This document shows positions 29,685 through 39,976 of a DNA stretch of 64,000 nucleotides, one piece after another. The stretch covers positions 415,745 through 479,744 of the forward strand of contig NW_005434653.1 in assembly GCF_000315625.1 (NCBI RefSeq), read 5' to 3'. Below the pieces are notes generated by a model. The model was not told where the DNA came from. It saw only the letters and a program-made list of their open reading frames with translations, and did no database searches. Position numbers and translations under genes: made by a program. This stretch comes from Guillardia theta CCMP2712. Lineage: Eukaryota; Protista; Cryptophyta. The number at the start of each line of letters is the position of its first letter. Position 1 is the stretch's first letter.

Positions 29685-31235
29685 CGGGAGAATCCACTTT
29701 GAAAAGTTACCAAAGGTTTCAGAGCTATCGAGTGACAGAACTGTCAAGTACTGTAGTCTAAGTCAAGCTTTTCAGCACGGCAGGTTGCTCTGATATTCAG
29801 CGATACGAATCGCCGAGGAGGCAGGAAGGGGGGGCTATAATATTGTTGCACAGCAGACCACCGGTGTGAAGGGGGAAGGAGCAAGCGGAAATCCGGAGAG
29901 TTCCGCGATTGGATATATCCATTGACAAGGGTCTTCAGAGGGGCAGACATGGGTGGGTAGGTGCTCCGAGAGTGACGTGTTGAAGATGTTTTAGGGGTAG
30001 TGGAGAGGGAAACAAAATTTGGACTAGGAAACACCGGGTAAAAGTCGAGAAATGAAGGGGTGGTCCAGCATGGGGGAAAGTTGTAGGGAGTGGGTCCTTT
30101 GACCACTGGATATTGTGTTGATATGAAGAGTATGGGGGTGGTGTCAGCATCACGAATGGTTTTAAAAACATATATTCCTCGGAATGTACCCAAGTACCGA
30201 ACATGGCTCTTTTAAAACCTTAATAAATATACATTCTTTTTCTTGAGCTAAAATACAGATATAGCTTTACCTTTCAATTCAATGATCCTGAAAACAATCG
30301 TTTTCGGGAAGTCTGCACAGCGGAAAAACATGTAGCACCACATTGAGCTGCCAGGGAGATTTGCGACCCATGGGGGCATCGAAGGTCGGAGGGACCCCAC
30401 CATAGGTCGTATGTCCACCCCCTGGTACCCGTGTTTGAACCCACCCGTTTACAGACTGTCATCAGAGTTTAAGCCCTCCGTCGGCCCCCGGAACAGTTTT
30501 AGACCAAGGAAATGCGACCTATGTCCTAGGTCTCTAGAGTAAAAGCTCTGTGATCTTCTGTGATTCGCTCCTGCGTAGAATTTAAAAAGAATGACAACTT
30601 TTCCTTACCAAAACGAGGCAACAAATGCAAAGTTTCAAAGTTTGTTCACATCCTATTATGCTCTACTATCATTCACATAGACACAGTACAGTACAGTTCA
30701 GGTGTGCCAGCTCAGGCCACTCATGACTGCTTTTGAGCGGATCATTACTGAGTGAAACTTGCAAGTAGGTGTCGCAGCCACTCGTGTTGATTGTGTTGAT
30801 ATTGAACATGGGTAGCGGGCCAGTGTTCTTGGCGGGCCAGTTGAATCCAATCGACGGTCATTCAAGTCATCTTGTTCACTAGTTCAATGGCATTCAGCAT
30901 AATTCATCGACGCCTAAATCATTCCTCGACAGCAATCCAGAGGCTTTGTTCTAACAAACTTCGAGTTGGAACATGATCTGAAATATCACGACTGGACTGG
31001 ATGATATATTATCTGCACTATGCAAGAATGCATCAAGAAATATCCTGAAATATTTGCATGGTTCCAAGTGCAATACAGCAATACGGCCGTGCCAGTGTAG
31101 GTATGAAATTTTATAATTTACAAATCGCAGAACAATCACACGTTCCTACGCACTACGCAATTGAACAGTTATCTAAAAGAGAAGTGATGAACAGTTATCT
31201 AAAAGAGAAGTGTTGTAAAAGAAAGAATTCAAAAA

Positions 31236-31745
31236 TTATGGAAACAACGGTGTTTCATTATCAATGATGTCACTGTCTCCCACTTCAATGAACCAGCGAA
31301 TCCACTTCGAATCCACAACTTCAGCACCTTCTGCCGATTCTGTGTGTTCACTTCCACTCTCTGAAAGCCCTTCAATATTGTCCTCATGGTCATCCTCTTG
31401 GTCCTTCATTTCTTGTGATGAGGAATCACTGCTAGTTTGGGAATGCTGGAAGTCTTGCTCGTTTGAAAGTGAAAAACTCTCATCTCCATTGTTCAAGAGC
31501 ACGCTGACGAAGGTATCATGCTCCTCGTTTCGCTTTCGAGAGTATGGCCATCGCGAAATTCCTAGCCTACGACAGGAGGACTTAAGGCTCGAGAGGGAAA
31601 CTCCCAAAATGGCTGCTGCGTCTTCCTGCCTCATGTGATAGAATTGCTCTAGTGCGTTGACTGTCAACTCAACCTTCCTTGTCTTACGTCCAGAACCGTC
31701 CTGTACTCTTGTCCTCGCGTTAACCTTCACCGCAGCAGCTTGCAT
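31236..31745 (-). CDS. RWP-RK transcription factor 3 (intronless)
   Basis: LEQFYHMRQEDAAAILGVSLSSLKSSCRRLGISRWPYSRK in a single ORF. Confidence 0.92.
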   Translation of the reverse strand: MQAAAVKVNARTRVQDGSGRKTRKVELTVNALEQFYHMRQEDAAAILGVSLSSLKSSCRRLGISRWPYSRKRNEEHDTFVSVLLNNGDESFSLSNEQDFQHSQTSSDSSSQEMKDQEDDHEDNIEGLSESGSEHTESAEGAEVVDSKWIRWFIEVGDSDIIDNETPLFP

Positions 31746-32356
31746 GGTTTTGGAGTCAATTGGAGTCCCCGTGCTGGAAATAACAGGTTGTGGGTTCTAT
31801 TTCCACCTGACCCTGACTTTTATCTCTTGTCCCCCTGTACCCAGTACCCCAATTTCTCCTGTGCACTACCCTGTCTATTTCCTTCTTTCTTGCCACCCCA
31901 CCACCAATAGAGTTTCGGCCCCCTTTCCCAAAGTAAAAAGCACCCCACCTCCCTCGAACAATATTTAGGGACCCTGTAATGGGATTGTGAATACCCCCAC
32001 CCTTCTTTTCTCTGTCAAGAAACCCCACATCCTGACCTGTTTGCGAACTATTTCCGACCCCTACCCCTGTTTCCTGTTGGAGTACCCTACCATTTGCAAG
32101 AAAGTCTTAGACAATATCCTCTTCTGGACCATTCTAGGATTTTACTACATCAACAATCTCCTCCGTATCTCCACTACAACGTTTTATTTCTGACAGTCAA
32201 ACCCCAGGTGTTGACTCCCACCCCACCCTTGAGAGTCAGCGTCCGGAAGCCAGGTTCGGAGGGCCCAGAGGGGGTATAGGTACGATTGAAGGGAAGACGC
32301 ATCTCAAGAAGCTGCAAGGGCGGCCGCGTAAAGTAAAGGAAGCGATCATATTGGTC

Positions 32357-33170
32357 TTTACTCAAAGTTAAGTTAAACATTACTACGCCCCCGGCTGTTG
32401 ACTACCCTTCTATACAGAAAGGCCGGGCGGAAGTGGCGGCACGGCACGGACTCCAAACCGTGACGGTGACGGGTCAAAAAACCTTTCAAAGTTAAAACTG
32501 TTAAGTAACAAACTTAGGCAACGAGGACACCCAGGAGACTCGGTACTTCAGAGGACTGTAACGGTGAGAACCAACAGTGCCGACTGCTGTCCCCCAAACT
32601 TAACTGATACCTTCACTTCAGTAACTACTACCTTAACCGTTCAGTGAAATGGACACCGCCCCCCCGCGGAGCCTCGGATCATATCGGATGCCCAAAGTCA
32701 TCCTCACGGACTCCGGCGGATGGCATCGTCAGGCACGTTACTCAGTGTCTCAGTGACGACTACCGGGCCGTACTCCGTGCTGCGGCGTACCGTAGTACGG
32801 TACCGTACGGTACCATGACCGTACCATGACAGTGACATGATACTAGTAGGCCGACGCGCTGTGTCGACGCGCGGCCCAGTGACCGTACGGTGATCGGATC
32901 GGACCGTCCGAATCCGTGGCCCTGTGGGGTGCCGGGACTCATGATCCGAGCCCAGACGGACGGGAGTCAGTATGGAAGGACCATGCTACCGTCGTGCCGG
33001 ATGCCAGATTGACCGTGAGTGTACTACCGTAACTTGGCTACTACTGACAGTCACCGAGGCTAGTCACAGCGATCGGGATCGGAGCCCCCGCCGCCCAGCC
33101 TGGATTCCGTGCCATGGCATCAAGAAATCGTCGCCTTCCCTGAGCAAGCGGTTGAAAAAGTCACTCAGTG
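32357..33170. repeat. Palindrome-rich intergenic island beginning with TTTACTCAAAGTTAAGTTAA
   Basis: Motif at 32357-32376; nested micro-palindromes such as taccgtagtacggtaccgtacggta, tactagta and accgtacggt. Confidence 0.55.
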
Positions 33171-33171
33171 A

Positions 33172-34560
33172 CTACATGATCAGCTGTACCGTAGTCTGAC
33201 CTGCCGTTTCATCCATCATGACTTGAATGGCCTGTTCGCGGATCTCTTCTTCTAAACATGTGCCCAATCAGATCCTGAGATGCCAGCGTGCGCCGCTGAC
33301 TCACCCACGTTCACTTTAAAAGCAACGTCCTCGCCAAAGTTCTCGTCTTCGATGATCCTGATCAGAACAGCGATCATGATCGAAGCACTGGACCGCAGGT
33401 GGACTGCTCACCCTCCCAGGGCTTCGAGGGATGATCGCAACTTTGCATAGAGTCCATAATCGACACCAGATACAGCCAGCCTGACGCGGAAGACTCGCTC
33501 CACTGTCTTGGAGCCCAAGAGAGTTACCTGCCGTAGGGTGAGGTAAGGTGCTTAGACCCTGGAACGTCCTCCTCTCGTACCTGTGCACACTCGGTGTATG
33601 CCTTGACTAGACCTCCTGTTCCTAACTTGGTCCCACCGAAGTATCTTGTCACCACCTTCACACCTCCGTCAGCAAAGAAGGCCTACGCTAGGGGATCAAG
33701 TACCAGTGTGCAATCAGTGACAGAACTGCCGGCAATGACGTTGAGGATGGGCCTGCCTGCAGAATAATTCCTTACTTCAACATGTCTCCTCTCTGTTACA
33801 TCACGAGCACCTGCTGTTCCCGATGGCTCCCCGTCATCGCTCATGCCCTCGATCGAGCTGTATAGAGCAATTAATACTCGACCACAGTGTCATCAGTCGA
33901 TCCCTACCTTGATGCATCGCCGATCTTGAAAGCTGTGCATACCATCATAGAACATGTCAGAGTTGCAGTTTGATGGAGCGGCAGGCGGTATACTCATCCC
34001 CGGCCTTACCGTAGCAGTTATGCCTTGCGTCGGGATAGCGCACTTTCATGTCAGCGATGAATTTCCTGTACTCCCTCAGGGCAAGGAGCACCTCGAAGCT
34101 CTTTCATTCACCTCGCATCTTCAACTGAAGGAGTGTATGCTAACGTCCCAATGAAGCGGCTATTCTTCACCTTGATTTCTGCTGATGTTTCTTCAGCAGG
34201 CGTAAACCAGGCGGACTTTCCTTCGCTGGCCATCATTCTAGGAGATGCATTTCTACTTCCTCTCGTGTTACTCTTCTTGGAAGAAAGGAATCGACCCAGT
34301 ACAACCGAACGGCATGATCTCATCCTCCCCTGTCCATTGCAAGCCGCTGCACCGAACGTGTGCCCATGGACCAGAAGCGCGAACCCATGCGCTGCTGGGA
34401 ACCGGCAAAGAGCGATCATGCTGATGAGGGAAAGAGTAAGGAGCAGCTTCAGGCAAGAAGAAGCTCGTCGGGATCGGATCTCTGTCCCTCGTCCTCGACC
34501 CTCTTGGAAGCGCCAGAAGGTCCTGAGAGCATGCGCATCGCCGCACTCCTCTCCGCTCAT
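33172..34560 (-). CDS. YigZ/IMPACT (UPF0029) family protein, multi-exon, possibly plastid-targeted
   Basis: EIKVKNSRFIG, YPDARHNCY, SDDGEPSGTAG-RPIL, VVTRYFGGTKLGTGGLVKAY; hydrophobic segment ending AAHG-F followed by an S/R-rich stretch. Confidence 0.85.
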
Positions 34561-34750
34561 CCCATGGCCTCCCCGTCGCAATCTGAAAGTTCACTCATTA
34601 TAGAAGACTAAAGTTTCTTGTACAAATATTCTGTTGATAAACTCATCCTTTATAAGAACAATGTGTCCGCCTCAGTGCCAAAAATAGAAATTGCAAAAAG
34701 GCAGAAGCATTTTGGAGATCGAGTGAGGAATTTCGGACCTGTCGGACGCC

Positions 34751-37700
34751 ATGGAGGAGGAGGAGCCAGGGTCAATGATCATGATGGGAGGAGGACAGGA
34801 AGGGATCGATCGAGACGAAGCTCGCACGAGATCGTGCTGGTCATGGTGGATGACAGCGCATGACTGCTGGAGGCGAGGCGAGGCCCATGAGTGTGGAGAA
34901 GCGCTGAAACGAGCGAGGGGAGCCGGGCTATCGGAGGAAGCGAATGTACGTTGAATCTCCCCCCCGTTACTTGAACTACCCGCTGCCTGCACCTCCTGGA
35001 CGAAGTTTCATCGACAGCCTCCGGTGGCGGCAGAGCTTCGGACTCCCTGCCTTCGAGAGCCTGACACCAACTCAAAGCAAGTGTTGGCTTCGGTGTGATG
35101 AAGAACATTTCAACATACCCTCGCAACGTACATGATCAACGACGCGTTGTTTCCTTACATTATCTATATGCCNNNNNNNNNNNNNNNNNNNNNNNNNNNN
35201 NNNNNNNNNNNNNNNNNNNNNNNNNNNNNNNNNNNNNNNNNNNNNNNNNNNNNNNNNNNNNNNNNNNNNNNNCCCCCCCCCCCCCCCCCCCCCCCCCCCC
35301 CTTCTCCCCTCTCCCCTCTCCCCTCTCCCCTCTCTCCTCATGCAGTGAAAAGTTGCTGAACCTTGAGACATCAGCTTAGTTGTCTTCTATGGAAGTTCCC
35401 GCTTCAGGTCGACTCAGTCGCCAACGAGGCCCTTGCAAGGTGTCAAGTCATCGTGCGGGTCCTTCTATGACAACTGGTTGTTTATCTGCAGTCTCAAGGT
35501 GCTGAACAATGCTCGGAGCTTCCAAGGAGGCAACGAGCATCAGGCGGCATACCGAGAACTCAGGAAGTCCGTCGTTCGAATGAAATCGCTAGTATTCATC
35601 CTTGGCTACTTCTTCCTCGCTCGCCTGACGACGCTGAGCAGATACAGGAGGGAGTCTCGCTGTCATCGCAAGAGGACTGGCAGTTAGGGAGAGGAGCCGT
35701 TCTCACTCTGATCGACTCGTGCAAGTGCTTTGCATCGATGAGTCTGATAGTTGCAAACTTGCGTGGGGATCACGAACAGGGCAGGAGCAGCATCTTGCAA
35801 GACAGTGCCGATGCTCTTGCTCTCGTTACCGGACGGATTGCCAGCATGTTCAATGGTGGGAGGTGTGCAGGAGATGGGGTAATGCTGGGCAGTCCTGTGA
35901 CGCCTGAGCAGGTGCTGGGAGGATGTGGCGAGTCAGGCCGGGTCCGGCATGGAGCTACTTCAAGGGACCGAGGTGCTTGCTTTCGATCTTGTGGTGCTGC
36001 TCTGAACCCGAGGAAACGACAGAGATGCTTGCAATGTCTTGAGCAGTGGTTGTGCGATGCCATGAATGAGCCTCCCAGAGCTCCTTCTTGGCGCAAGTCG
36101 CACTTTGTTGTTTGGAACACAATCCGTGAAGGTCGCACAAGGACGGAATTGCAAAGTGAGCTCACGGGTTCTGTACCAGATTCTGATTCAAGTCTTGTTT
36201 GCTTGCATGCGTTGGACCTGATCCTTGTTTCCCTCTCTACCATCATGTACATGAACAAGCCAAGTACACAGGACCATGTCAAGGGTCTCCTGCATAAGGT
36301 CGACATGTTGATTTTCTGACTCGTTGTGTTGAAACGTTCAACATCCAGCTTCAAAGTCTCACATGCAAGTTTATGACCCCAAAGAATGTCAAGAGGAGGG
36401 CAGGTGAGTCTGACACAATCCGTCAGCTCCTTGTGTGGAGGAGAGATAGAGGTGCACAACAAACTGGATCCACCGCAGACGAAGATGCAGCTGCGCAGCC
36501 CAAGATATCCTTCCGATGCTACTTATCTCTCCTGCACTCCAAGTGCTGCTACATCCTTGCATGTATCACCGCATGTCGACATGTGGCATGCAGGATGACT
36601 TTGCTGGTGTCAGGTTGTCACTTCCTCCAAGGTAGTTTCCAGGAATCCCTCGAGGCTGTGAAGAGCTCGGTGCAGTCCACTACAGACTGTCTCCTACCCG
36701 CCCTGATGCTGTCGGGCAGGACTTACTGCAACCGCACGTGCTGTACCTGGAAGGCTGCCTGAGGCTTCTCTTGTCCCAGGAGTTGGTGCAAGGTGAACTG
36801 CAAGCATCGCACAAGCCCTTGCAGGAAGACGAGGGCAGCGAGGAAAGCAGAGAGGATGGTCGTCCTGCCAAACGGCAGAGGAAGGAGGGGAAGGAAGAGA
36901 CTGGGAGGACGCGAGGACGCGAGCATCTTGTGCGAGCGATAGAAGCATTTCGATCGTGCGAGGCAAAGAAGGTCCTTGAGTTGCTTCGTGCTGGCTGATG
37001 GCTGATGGGGAGTTTGAACCATCAGTATCGTCCTACTGAAGCCCTCAATGCATCTGCTCAGTGCCTCGCGATCTTGGCCGACATGTCGAGGAGGTCGAAC
37101 TTATCGGAAGGTCGTGACCGCATGAGTCAGAAAGGAGCAGAGGCAACCAGTGAGCGTCCTGCTGCTTCTCTCAACCAGAGCGTTCCCATGAATCACTCGG
37201 ATCTAGAAACAATACAAGAGTTCGAGAAGTGCCTGAAGCAAAGTGAGTTGTGACTTTGCCAGCCTGCTGTGGAGAAGATGGTGCTGAACGAGGAGAGCAG
37301 GTGAGGATGCATCTGGCTCACTCTTGTCTTCATGGGTTCTTGTAAATATATCCCGGATGTATCGACATGTTGGAAACATTGACATGGAAGAGACAATGCT
37401 GCGCAATTTTCTCCAGGTGACGAAGACGACGAAGACGACGAGGAATATGACGATGGTCGAGATTATGATGATGATGATGATGATGATGATGGTTTTGGTG
37501 GTGATGTTGGCTACCATTGGGTCTTGGTGTAGGAGGAGGAGGAAAGGAGGAGGAGGAGGAGGAGGAGGAGGAGGAGATCTCAATATGACTTCTGTATCTA
37601 TATCTCAGTCTGGAACTCAACAAAAAGTCGGCCAGCTTACAAGCAATCGTCACCGTATTCCTTTACAACCTCCCCATCGCCAAGAGGCTTCTTTCTCGTC

Positions 37701-38121
37701 TACAGCTCTTCAGTATGGCAGAAACGGAATCCTCCTCCTTCTCACGTTCCATACCTCCTCTTTCTTTTCTCCCTCCCCCTATTCTCCCTCCTTCTCGTCA
37801 TCTCGTTCCACCTTCTCCTCCTCCTCCTCCTCCTCCTCCTCCTCGTTTTCCTCCCCTTACCCTTTCTCTTCCTCCTCCTCCCCTCTCTCCCCCTCCTCCT
37901 CTTTCCATTCCTGATTATTCTTTAACAACGTGCTGAAGGTCACGGCATGCAAGAGTCAAAATGCTGCAAGGAGATGTCAATGAGGTTGGTCGGATTGCAC
38001 GTCTGCCTATCATCATCAACTTCTACTTCGTCAGCTATCATTTCTAACAACTCCACCATCGGCATCATCACTACCACTCTCATCGTAATCGTCGGCCGCG
38101 TCCTCCTCCTCCTCCTCCTCC

Positions 38122-38166
<45 letters not shown>

Positions 38167-39974
38167 CTTCTTCACAGGCAGAAAAGCTGTACGCGCGTCT
38201 CCTCCATAGGAAGGAAGAGCAAGAAGGTCAGCCCTCAACAGCCTATCAACTCTGATTGACAAGTTGCAGACGCCGCATGGGCCAAGGAGATGCAAGCAAA
38301 CTCTTGGCTGCCGCACGGTGGAGCATACTTGTCTTGTCTTTACAGCTTACAGCCTCTCAGCCGAGGAGGAAGCTGCCGATGAAGTCGCCATGAAGGAGGA
38401 TTACATTTACCTCCTCCTCTCCTCCGGGGAGCCCGAGCGAGCATTGCAGGTGTCCCGAAGTTCCTCCTGCCTTCCCCCACCCGCCTCCTCCTCTCCGTCT
38501 CCCTTCACTCTCTCTCCCTTCCTCTCTTTCCCTCTTGTCCTCTCTCACTCCCTCCCTCCCTCCCTCCCTCACTCACTCACTCACTCCCTCCCTCCCTCAC
38601 TCCCTCCCTCCCTCCCTCACTCACTCACTCACTCACTCACTCACTCACTATCACTCACTCACTCACTCACTCTTGCCCCTTCCTTTCCCTCCCTCCCCCC
38701 AATCTCGGTCATTGTTTCCCTCCTCGTCCTCACTCGCTCCTCAGCTCTGCCTTCAAGTGTTGGCGCAAGAGCCCAACAGCGTCAACGCGCTCAAGTATCA
38801 GGCTGATGCGCTTGTCTGCCTCGAGCGAGCCGAGGTCAACCAACGACGCTCCATCCCGAACTCCTCCTGCTCCTGCTCCTCCTGCTCCACAACCACCACC
38901 ACAGCTCCTCCTCCTCCTCCTCCTCCTCCTCCTCCTCCTCTCCTTGGACACGCGTGCTCCTTTTGCTCCACTCCTACCTTGGTTGCTCCTCCTGCCCTGC
39001 CTTATCTCTCCTCTTTCTCTTCTCACGTCATTTCAGGAGGCGCTACCTCCTCTGGATACCCTGGCTGCTCTGCTCCTGGAGGCGATCGACAGCCTGGAGA
39101 AGGAGGGAAGAGAAACAGGAGGAGGCGACGAGCTTCTCTCCTCGTACAGAGAGGCTCTTGCTGAATGCTACAACAATCACTCCCTAGTCCTCACCTGCCT
39201 CAACCAGTCGGAAGCTGCTGCTCTCGTTCTCAACAAGAGCCTCCAACTATCTCCCAATCTGTCTGCTGCCGCATACAACGTTAGGATATCACCCTCGATT
39301 CCTTTCCTCGGCTCTCTCCATTTCCTGCGCACCTCCCCTCCCCTCCCCTCTCCTTCTCTCCTCCCCTTTTCTTTTACCATCTCCTTTCCTCCCCTCTCCT
39401 TGCCTCCCTTCTCCTCTCCTCTCCTCCCCTCCCCTCCCCTCCCCTCCCCTCTCCTCTCCTCCTGACCCTGATGACGGCAGCACACGCTGATGCTCCTCCC
39501 CTCCCCGCCCCTCTCCTCTCTACCCCTCTCCTCTCCTCCCCTCCCCTCCCCTCTCCTCTCCTCTCCTCTCCTCTCCTCCTGACCCAGATGACGGCAGCAC
39601 ACGCTGATGCTGTGGACGAGGGAGCAGCATATGGACGCCAGCTCCTTCTGGCTGAACCAGCGGAGCGTCGGCCCGAGGTGAGGAGGAGAGCAGCGACTGC
39701 GAGAGCATGAACATCCAGCAGGGGCGACCTTGTTACCCTCCAGCAGCATCGTGCGCATGCCATACAGGAGCTGGAAGCAAGCGATGCAAGGATAGTGTCG
39801 CACGTTGCGGGCTACTTGACCCCGTCGATGGTGTGCAAACCTTCAAGTCACTTACTATCTAACTTTACATATGTACAGGTGTACGCCCTCGACGTCATGG
39901 TCTTGGACTATTGCATCAGGGAGATCGAGGACTTGCAGTCTGCGTGCCTGCTAGAAAGTTTCTCACAACCCTGA
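34751..39974 (+). CDS. TPR-repeat protein, many exons, spans the assembly gap
   Basis: TPR-like helices (VLAQEPNSVNALKYQADALVCLER, AECYNNHSLVLTCLNQSEAAALVLNKSLQLSPNLSAAAYN). The model is approximate and could be two genes. Confidence 0.55.
35173..35272. other. Assembly gap (100 N)
   Basis: Run of N next to a poly-C tract. Confidence 1.
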
Positions 39975-39976
39975 CC

